The notes below the pieces were generated by a model. It worked only from the letters and a program-made list of their open reading frames with translations, did no database searches and was not told the DNA's origin. A stretch of DNA of 64,000 nt. It comes from a virus. Below, one piece after another: positions 56,641-64,000 of the stretch. Made by a program: the position numbers and the translations under genes. The DNA lies in the IMG/VR virus record IMGVR_UViG_3300030085_004825, positions 1 to 64,000 of that record. The stretch is one strand, 5' to 3'. Position 1 is the first letter of the stretch; each line of letters starts with the position of its first letter.

Positions 56641-58068
56641 ATGGCATGGACATTATCAGGTGATTATTATGTAGACGCAGTAGCCGGTGATGACGGTAAT
56701 GCAGGAACATCTACAGCACCATTTAAAACAATACCTGCAGCAATAGCAGCTGCTGAAGCAGAAGCCTCTGGATATTATGACATCATAGTTGGAGCTGGAA
56801 CATACACAGACAGACTAGTATCTGGAAATAGTTCTAGATACATGTGCCTTAAAGCAGATGGTGAAGTAATATTTGACGCTAGTAGCACCGGCGACAGTGC
56901 ATTTTACAACGGTAAGTTTTGGGTAGTAGAAGGATTTAAAATAATTGATGTTGAACAAGCACTACAAAAATCAACTAGCGATGCAAATCGAGTAAATTTT
57001 CACAAATGCTATATAAAAAATTGTGCTGATTGGTATATAGATTTAACAATGAATGAACTATCATTTTATAACGACACTGGTTGTATATTTGAAAACGTTG
57101 GAAGCACAAACCTAAGCACATCACACTATGCTCGCTATTTTAATTTTTATAATTGTATGTTTATTAATAGTTGGATGCCAGGTTATAGAGATACTGGTGG
57201 TCAGTTTAGTAGTAATACTTATCAACCATCAGCCAATGAATGTGTATTTGTAAACACTGAAAATAATGGAATCACTAATTATTATTCTGGACCAGCTTCT
57301 GTAGCTTATGGAAATGTTAGAAATAGCGTATTTAATGAATTTGCTGTATACAGGGATAAAAACGCCATAAAACGATCAGGATCTGCATTAGCCGAATTCT
57401 TTGACACAGGCAACAACGGCAATTACTGGGAAGCTGGAGCTAAAGTTGTCAGTATGTCATTTAACACAGATATATCTGGATCTAATATGATGTCAGACGC
57501 AATATACACTCTATCTGGTGTTGCATCTAATAAAGATTATTTCCAAAATTCCCGTATGGGTAATACTAGATTTGCTGGTACTAACAACATGGCAACAGCT
57601 TATGGATATCAAGACATTGCATCCAATCCATTTCACACTGCCGGTGGAGCAACTTGGACGAATATTACTGCATCAGATGTAGGAGGCCTACAAATTTCAG
57701 CATCAACTGTACCAACTGGTACAATAGAGTCTGCAGTTATAGATCAAGGGAGTGTTAAAGTTATACGACAAATTAAAACTTCATTTACTTCTACAGAACT
57801 AGGAGCAACAGGTATATCAGTACACACTGCAAGTGTAGACAATAAATTCCCAACCAGACAAACATTTGAAATGCGTTATGGAAATACTTCTGATTTATCT
57901 AGTACTCCATATCAAATATTTGATACTAGTTTACCAACATATATAGATTCAAATGGTAGTGGAAGTGGTGATATAACATTTAACTCTGGTAGTAACTTTA
58001 ATTTTCCAAGTGCAAGATATTTACAACTTAAATTTACATTAAGAACCAACATGACTGGATCAACCTAA
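56641..58068 (+). CDS. pectin-lyase-like beta-helix protein (tailspike/receptor-binding candidate)
   Basis: YYVDAVAGDDGNAGT..APFKTI..AI...V.AGTY cap; repeated xCxF rungs. Confidence 0.75.
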   Translation: MAWTLSGDYYVDAVAGDDGNAGTSTAPFKTIPAAIAAAEAEASGYYDIIVGAGTYTDRLVSGNSSRYMCLKADGEVIFDASSTGDSAFYNGKFWVVEGFKIIDVEQALQKSTSDANRVNFHKCYIKNCADWYIDLTMNELSFYNDTGCIFENVGSTNLSTSHYARYFNFYNCMFINSWMPGYRDTGGQFSSNTYQPSANECVFVNTENNGITNYYSGPASVAYGNVRNSVFNEFAVYRDKNAIKRSGSALAEFFDTGNNGNYWEAGAKVVSMSFNTDISGSNMMSDAIYTLSGVASNKDYFQNSRMGNTRFAGTNNMATAYGYQDIASNPFHTAGGATWTNITASDVGGLQISASTVPTGTIESAVIDQGSVKVIRQIKTSFTSTELGATGISVHTASVDNKFPTRQTFEMRYGNTSDLSSTPYQIFDTSLPTYIDSNGSGSGDITFNSGSNFNFPSARYLQLKFTLRTNMTGST

Positions 58069-58547
58069 TGGCAGTAGATGATAGAATATTATTTTATGGT
58101 GCAGCTATACAAAGCGATACTCCTAGATTTTATGGAGCATCTATAGTTGCAGATACACCTCGTTTTTATGGTGCTTCTATAGTTACAAATAATTACATGA
58201 ATGGAGATATACTTGTAATTGATGGGGAAACATCCGAACCTATTAATGGAGCAACCATAACTATAACATCTACACAAACAAATCCTATACATTATGTTGG
58301 AAATTTATCTGGCACAACTAATAGTGATGGTATATTTACAGCAACAGGTTCATCAACAACTGGAACTACCCTAACCATTGAAGCAAATGGATTTACAACA
58401 TATACAGGACCATTAACATCTACAGATTATGATTTTGGATTAACTATACCTTTATTTAAAGGTGGAGGAACATCTAAAAAGATATATACTACAAATAAAG
58501 GTAATATCCTTATTAATCCTAATGATACTGTTCTTATAGAACTCTAG
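58068..58547 (+). CDS. structural protein with 12-aa repeats and carboxypeptidase-regulatory-like domain
   Basis: FYGA(A/S)I x3; VIDGETSEPINGATI..TTNSDGIF..IEANGF. Confidence 0.75.
   Translation: MAVDDRILFYGAAIQSDTPRFYGASIVADTPRFYGASIVTNNYMNGDILVIDGETSEPINGATITITSTQTNPIHYVGNLSGTTNSDGIFTATGSSTTGTTLTIEANGFTTYTGPLTSTDYDFGLTIPLFKGGGTSKKIYTTNKGNILINPNDTVLIEL
58092..58184 (+). repeat. 36-bp degenerate coding repeat (DTPRFYGASIV)
   Basis: Three TTTTATGG units spaced 36 nt apart. Confidence 0.8.
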
Positions 58548-58579
58548 GTTTTTTTTAATATTTATAACAAAATACTAAC

Positions 58580-59734
58580 ATGGCAAATATACCTATATGG
58601 CCAGGATCAAGTAGTTTCTTCCCAGGAGCTACACCTTTTGGCTTTTATGATAATGATTCTCAATTCCAACAAGATACTGATAGATTTGCTAAGTTTGCAG
58701 CTCAACGTTTAGGATATCCTCTTGTAGAAGTTGAATTGCAAGATTTAAATTTTTATACAGCATTTGAAGAAGCGATTACAACTTATGGGAATGAGTTATA
58801 TGCTTATCAAGTAGCAGATAATTTATTGTCTTTTCAAGGTGCTTCTTCCTCTATTGGTCCTGCTAATGAAGAATTACCTCAAGAAAATTTTTCTGAAATA
58901 GTACGTCTTTCTAATCAATATGGAACTGAAGCAGGAGTAGGTGGAACTGTAACATACCATAAAGGAATATTACCTCTAGAACCAGGAAAACAAACTTATG
59001 ATTTAAATGAATGGGCTATAAGTGAATCAATTGAAGGTAGGATTGAAGTTAAACGAGTTTACTATGAAATTTCTCCTGCAATTATGAGATACTTTGACCC
59101 ATATGCAGGCACAGGTGTAGGAATGCAACAAATGATGGATTCATTTGGTTGGGGGTCATTTTCTCCTGCTATCAATTTTATGTTAATGCCTATTAATTAT
59201 GATATGCAAAAAATCCAAGCAATTGAATTTAATGATCAAATTAGAAAATCTCAATATACTTTTGAATTAGTAAATAACCAATTAAAAGTTTTTCCAATTC
59301 CAATACAAAGAAGTATAAAAGCATTATGTTTTCAATATGTTAAATTAAATGATACAAACCAACCTTATTACGATAGAGATGGTAGAGAAATTATAACCAA
59401 CGCTTCTAACGTACCATATGAAAATCCTAACTATACACGCATTAACTCAGTTGGTAGGCAATGGATATTTGAGTATGGTTTAGCAATTGTAAAAGAAATT
59501 TTAGGATATGTTAGAGGAAAATATTCACAAATACCCATCCCTGGATCTGAAGTAACTCTAAACCAATCAGATTTAATTTCTGCTGCAACAGCTGAAAAAG
59601 GAGCATTAATAGAAAGATTAAGAGCATATTTTGAAACAACCTCTCGTAAAACATTACTTGAGAAAAAAGCAGCAGAAGGTGAAGCACAAAATAAAACTTT
59701 AGGGCAAGCCCCTATGACAATTTTTATAGGATAA
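58580..59734 (+). CDS. neck/head-tail adaptor protein (gp13-like)
   Basis: RLGYPLVEVEL, WIFEY.LA..KE.LG..RGKY..IP.PG..VTLN. Confidence 0.8.
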   Translation: MANIPIWPGSSSFFPGATPFGFYDNDSQFQQDTDRFAKFAAQRLGYPLVEVELQDLNFYTAFEEAITTYGNELYAYQVADNLLSFQGASSSIGPANEELPQENFSEIVRLSNQYGTEAGVGGTVTYHKGILPLEPGKQTYDLNEWAISESIEGRIEVKRVYYEISPAIMRYFDPYAGTGVGMQQMMDSFGWGSFSPAINFMLMPINYDMQKIQAIEFNDQIRKSQYTFELVNNQLKVFPIPIQRSIKALCFQYVKLNDTNQPYYDRDGREIITNASNVPYENPNYTRINSVGRQWIFEYGLAIVKEILGYVRGKYSQIPIPGSEVTLNQSDLISAATAEKGALIERLRAYFETTSRKTLLEKKAAEGEAQNKTLGQAPMTIFIG

Positions 59735-59735
59735 T

Positions 59736-60245
59736 ATGGCACTATTTGGTACACAACGTGATGTTTCTTTAATAAAAAAAATAAACAGAGAGTTATTAGG
59801 AGATATAATAACTCAACAATGTGCTGTGTATAAACTAAATATTTCCGAAACTAAAGTAAACATATATGGTGAAGCATCAGGAGAAAAATACTATCAAGAT
59901 CCTGTATTATTTAATGTTTTAATTGAAAGAGGTGATCAAACTTATTCTACAGGAGATATGGGTGTTGATTATGGAAGAGAAATGGAGTTTAGGTTCTTTA
60001 GAGATGATTTAGTTGATGCTAGTGTAGTTATGGAACCTGGAGATATTATTATGTACTATGAAGCATATTTTGAAGTAGATAGTGTAGTAGATAACCAACT
60101 ATTTGTTGGTAAAGACCCAAGATATCCATATAATGAAAATCCACTAAACCCAGGACTAGAAAATTTTGGTGCTAATGAATCAATAATATGTAAAACTCAT
60201 CATGTACCTGCTGATAAAGTACAAATTACTAGAGAAAGATTATAA
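59736..60245 (+). CDS. neck/head-closure protein (gp14-like)
   Basis: NIYGE, PGDII...YFEV; follows the gp13-like gene. Confidence 0.6.
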   Translation: MALFGTQRDVSLIKKINRELLGDIITQQCAVYKLNISETKVNIYGEASGEKYYQDPVLFNVLIERGDQTYSTGDMGVDYGREMEFRFFRDDLVDASVVMEPGDIIMYYEAYFEVDSVVDNQLFVGKDPRYPYNENPLNPGLENFGANESIICKTHHVPADKVQITRERL

Positions 60246-60248
60246 AAT

Positions 60249-61151
60249 ATGCCCCAATCAAGAAAACCTAACCCCAAATCACAAAAAGAAATATCTAATA
60301 ACCAGATAGACCCTTATGTTTTTCCTGAAACAGGGCAAACTCTTGGGAATCCTAATACTCCCTTAGATTATAAACCATTCACTGATAAAAATCAAAGTGG
60401 TTTAGATTTTAATAGATCTGAAAAATTATCTTTAAAAGGTGATAAAGTAAAAAAATTTTCAATAGGTTTACAAGATATAGATGAATCTATAATGTATTAT
60501 TTTAATAATGTAATACGTCCTTTTGTTTATCAAAACACAGACAGAATACCTGTACCTGTAATATATGGTTCCCCTGAAAAATGGAAATCAGTACAAAAAG
60601 ATGGTTATTATAGAGATAAAAATGGAGCTATAATGTCTCCTTTAATAATGTTTAAAAGAGATACAATAGATAAAAATAGATCTTTAGCTAATAAATTAGA
60701 TGCCAATCACCCTCATGTATACACCACCCATAAATCAGTATACAATAAAAAAAATGCTTATTCTAATTTTAATGTTTTAAATAATCGTATACCTACAGAA
60801 CAATTTATAGTAAATGTTGTACCTGATTATGTTACTTTAACTTATTCATGTGTTGTACAAACTTATTATTTTGATCAACTAAATAAAATTTTAGAAGCTA
60901 TTAATTATGCTTCAGATGCATATTGGGGTGACCCTGAACGTTTTAAATTTAAAGCTTCAATAGATAGTTATTCAACAACTGTAGAAGTTTCTGATAATAC
61001 TGATAGAATTGTAAGAGGTAGTTTTTCTATAAAATTGTTTGGGTATATAGTTCCTGATAATATCCAAAAAGAATTAACAGCTATTAAAAAATATAACAGT
61101 AAAAGTAAAATTGTAATAGGGATTGAGTCTGTTGATACTCTTCCTAAATAA
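60249..61151 (+). CDS. tail terminator/sheath stabiliser (gp15-like)
   Basis: IPVPVIYGSPEKW, P.YV.L.Y, QLNKILE. Confidence 0.7.
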   Translation: MPQSRKPNPKSQKEISNNQIDPYVFPETGQTLGNPNTPLDYKPFTDKNQSGLDFNRSEKLSLKGDKVKKFSIGLQDIDESIMYYFNNVIRPFVYQNTDRIPVPVIYGSPEKWKSVQKDGYYRDKNGAIMSPLIMFKRDTIDKNRSLANKLDANHPHVYTTHKSVYNKKNAYSNFNVLNNRIPTEQFIVNVVPDYVTLTYSCVVQTYYFDQLNKILEAINYASDAYWGDPERFKFKASIDSYSTTVEVSDNTDRIVRGSFSIKLFGYIVPDNIQKELTAIKKYNSKSKIVIGIESVDTLPK

Positions 61152-61163
61152 TTTTTATAAATT

Positions 61164-61646
61164 ATGGCTGAACCTAGTAAACCTACTTTATATAATCATA
61201 GATTTAGAGCTAGCAAATTAGATAGTTTTGCTTTAAAAGATACTCCTATACCAACTGCATCTAAAGCCATATTTGCTGAAAGTGGAGATGGCAATTTTAG
61301 TGGTAATTTTACAGGTAATGGGTCAGGTTTAACTAACTTACAAAGACCTATTTCAAATTCTATTTCAACCCATTTTACAGCAAGCAATTTAAATGCAGGG
61401 TTTTATTTTAGAGTAGGTGGAAATGTGACTTGTTCTATTCAATCTTCTTCATTAGTAACTTGTGATGTAGGAAATGAATTTAAACTTTTTCAAACCTCAT
61501 CAGCAGGGCAAACTTTAATTTTAACAGGTAGTGGTGTAACTTTAAATTCTAAAAATGGTAATATTAATCTTAATGGTCAATTTTCTTTAGCAACTTTAAA
61601 AAAAGTTGGAAACGATGAGTGGGATTTAACAGGAGATATAAAATAG
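61164..61646 (+). CDS. small fibre-like structural protein
   Basis: GNFTGNGSGLTNL; C-terminal ATLKKV..DEWDLTGD. Confidence 0.7.
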   Translation: MAEPSKPTLYNHRFRASKLDSFALKDTPIPTASKAIFAESGDGNFSGNFTGNGSGLTNLQRPISNSISTHFTASNLNAGFYFRVGGNVTCSIQSSSLVTCDVGNEFKLFQTSSAGQTLILTGSGVTLNSKNGNINLNGQFSLATLKKVGNDEWDLTGDIK

Positions 61647-61703
61647 AAAATTGGAATATCAAAAAATTTTACGTATTATAAAATAAACAAATAAAAATAA
61701 ATT

Positions 61704-61976
61704 ATGGCAATAGTTACAAATCAAAAAGAAAAAGTTTTTTTAACAGAGGAAGAACTTAAAACATTAAGAGATATTCAATCCCAAACTAAGGGAATAATTT
61801 TAGAATTAGGAGAAATCCAAGTAATGAAACTTCAATTAGAAACTAGAGAAAAAAATGCTAAATCTATTTTTGAACAAACTCTTAAAAAAGAAAATGATTT
61901 TACCCAACTCCTTTTAAAAACCTATGGTACTAGTGAATTAAACCCAGAAACTGGGGAAATTATTAAAAGTGTTTAA
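61704..61976 (+). CDS. hypothetical coiled-coil protein
   Basis: 90 aa ending YG...LNPETGEI. Confidence 0.75.
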   Translation: MAIVTNQKEKVFLTEEELKTLRDIQSQTKGIILELGEIQVMKLQLETREKNAKSIFEQTLKKENDFTQLLLKTYGTSELNPETGEIIKSV

Positions 61977-62012
61977 TTTAATTATATTTATAACAAAACT
62001 TAATAAAATAAT

Positions 62013-64000
62013 ATGTCTGAAATTATTATTTCTCCTGGAGTAGACGTAACAGAAAATGATCAAACTTTTAATTTTCAACAACCTGCTCAAGCTGATGTTG
62101 CTATTATAGGCCCTACAGTAAGGGGAAAAATTAATATTCCTACTATAGTTACTTCATATGAAGATTATATACAAAAATATGGTGATGATTTTTTAAGTGG
62201 GAGTAGTAATTATAACTATTTTACTTCTTTAGCAACGTATAACTTTTTTCAGAATTTAGGAGATGCACCTGGATCAGTCTTAATAACTCGTGTTGTAAGT
62301 GGTAGTACAGTAACAGATTGGACTCCTGCTACATCTTCTAGAATAGAAACTTCTTTTACAGAAATACAAGCTTCAGCAAGTGTTCCTTTTACACCATTTT
62401 TTCCATCATCATCATTTTTTATTTCCCAAGGTGCTTCTTCTGATAATCTTACAGGAACTTTTTCAATAAATGGTATAACTTTAGTTATTACAGGTAGTGC
62501 TCATAATTCTTCTTATAGTGGAAACTTTACTAATACTTCTACTTTAATATATGTCCCTTCAGGTTCAAATGTTGCTAATACGGTAATCTCAGCTTCAGAA
62601 CATTTAGCTGCTAGTAGTTCTTTACCAGCTTATAGTTCTTCTTTAGGAAATATATCATCCTCAGCAGACACAAATAATTTATTATTAACATATATTGGAC
62701 AAAACTCTGCAGGTATAGGAAATAACCAAGTATTTACTTCAGGAAGTACTGCTAGTGGTAACATTACATATACTTTTTCAGGTGGTGTAAATACAGAAGC
62801 ATTTGTGCTAGAAACTATATCTGAGGGAGAAATAATGAATAGTGAGGGTCCTACAGGACCAGATGGTACTTTATTAAGTGGGTCTGAAAATAATTACAGA
62901 TACCAAATAACATCTCCAAATGTAGAAGATGGGACTTTTAATTTACTTATTAGAAAAGGTAATGATACTACAACTTTTCCTTCTGTATTACACACAATAG
63001 GTCCTATTTCATTAGATCCTAATTCTTCAAATTATATTGAAAAAGTAATAGGAAACCAAATTCATACTTTAACCCAAGATAGTACAACAAGTGAGTATTT
63101 CATTCAAACCACAGGCAATTACCCTAACAGATACCCTACTATTAGAGTTAAACAAGTAAATGCTACTACTGTAGATTATTTTAATAATGATGGAACTGTA
63201 AAATCTGAATATACAAGTTCAATGCCTCTTACTCAAAGTGGGGTATTTGGAGGAGCTTTAGGAAATAATATACCAACAAATGCTGCTGGTAACTATTATG
63301 AAAATATTACTGATTCAAACATTCAAGGTCTTTCTCCTAGTAACTATTCTGAATCTATTTCTTTATTATCTAATAAAGATGCTTATAGATATAACACTAT
63401 AATCACTCCTGGATTAATAGCTGATCCTAATTTTTACCCTAATAGTAATATTATTGTTTCTCAATTAATATCTATGGTAGAAAATAGAGGAGATTGTATG
63501 GCTATAATAGATATTTCTAAATACAATGAAAACACTGGCCAGATAATAGCTAATGCTCAAACTAGAAATACTTCATATGCTGCTACTTATTGGCCTTGGG
63601 TGCAAACACCTCTTCCTAATAATCTTTCTACTTTAGTATGGGCTCCTACATCTACTTTTATCCCTGGAGTATATGCCTTTAATGACTCAAATGGTTACCC
63701 TTGGCTTGCCCCTGCAGGCATAAATAGAGGAATTATTAGTAATGCTACTCAAACTGAAAAAGTATTAACTCAAGGTATTAGAGATACATTATATCAAAAT
63801 AGAATTAATCCTGTGACTACTTTTATAACTCCTCAAGGGAATTCTATTGTTGTATTTGGACAAAAAACTTTACAAAAACGTAATACTTCTTTAACACGTA
63901 TTAATGTAAGACGTTTGTTAATTAATTTAAAAAATTACATATCTCGGGTAGCAAATGAATTTGTTTTTGAACAAAATACCCCTGAAACTAGAGAAGATTT
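62013..64000 (+). CDS. gp18: tail sheath protein, partial (runs off the window; not in ORF track)
   Basis: Hand translation MSEIIISPGVDVTEND..IGPT.RG..; YWPWV, WLAPAGINRG, INPV, VFGQKTLQ, RINVRRLL..K; late motif at 61984-61992. Confidence 0.93.
   Translation, partial: MSEIIISPGVDVTENDQTFNFQQPAQADVAIIGPTVRGKINIPTIVTSYEDYIQKYGDDFLSGSSNYNYFTSLATYNFFQNLGDAPGSVLITRVVSGSTVTDWTPATSSRIETSFTEIQASASVPFTPFFPSSSFFISQGASSDNLTGTFSINGITLVITGSAHNSSYSGNFTNTSTLIYVPSGSNVANTVISASEHLAASSSLPAYSSSLGNISSSADTNNLLLTYIGQNSAGIGNNQVFTSGSTASGNITYTFSGGVNTEAFVLETISEGEIMNSEGPTGPDGTLLSGSENNYRYQITSPNVEDGTFNLLIRKGNDTTTFPSVLHTIGPISLDPNSSNYIEKVIGNQIHTLTQDSTTSEYFIQTTGNYPNRYPTIRVKQVNATTVDYFNNDGTVKSEYTSSMPLTQSGVFGGALGNNIPTNAAGNYYENITDSNIQGLSPSNYSESISLLSNKDAYRYNTIITPGLIADPNFYPNSNIIVSQLISMVENRGDCMAIIDISKYNENTGQIIANAQTRNTSYAATYWPWVQTPLPNNLSTLVWAPTSTFIPGVYAFNDSNGYPWLAPAGINRGIISNATQTEKVLTQGIRDTLYQNRINPVTTFITPQGNSIVVFGQKTLQKRNTSLTRINVRRLLINLKNYISRVANEFVFEQNTPETRED

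Noticed and set aside
1027-61387. Minus-strand ORFs in the track (e.g. 1027-1413, 1785-2006, 7879-8178, 28296-28592, 31405-31728, 50791-51384, 59431-59754)
   Set aside because: Antisense shadows of + strand genes; Ser/Phe/Ile-rich because of GAA/AAA codons, with no motifs or expression signals
1-64000. Stop-codon reassignment
   Set aside because: Core genes are full length in the standard code, and TAA, TAG and TGA all end genes; the 9848 TAA is an isolated case

Overview
AT-rich segment of a large T4-like (myovirus) dsDNA phage. All credible genes are on the + strand and use the standard code. A Bacteroidota/Flavobacteriia host is inferred from A-rich, SD-less gene starts, TTTG-N19/20-TAnnTT promoters and Gln-after-signal-peptide proteins. 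Gene order: early cassette of small ORFs, each behind a repeated promoter (1-1.6 kb); a structured non-coding gap; accessory genes and a gp55-like sigma factor; baseplate module (8-24 kb); GIY-YIG nuclease, primase and exonuclease; a ~16 kb block of probable internal head proteins with interspersed metabolic genes; terminase, portal, prohead protease, scaffold and major capsid; PhoH; fibre genes; neck genes; tail sheath running off the end. No tRNA, CRISPR array or IS was seen. Two patterns stand out. (1) External virion proteins are saturated with an [S/T]-[G/A/S/Q]-S tripeptide, confined to variable or outer regions in capsid and sheath, which looks like a virion-wide modification (glycosylation?) sequon. 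(2) Internal proteins share capsid-targeting-like helices and (L/I)-x-E protease sites that delimit swappable cargo modules (zincin, ADP-ribosyltransferase-like, OmpA-like, Tudor-like, Cys-cluster). All calls come from motif reading by eye; no database searches were run and counts are manual.
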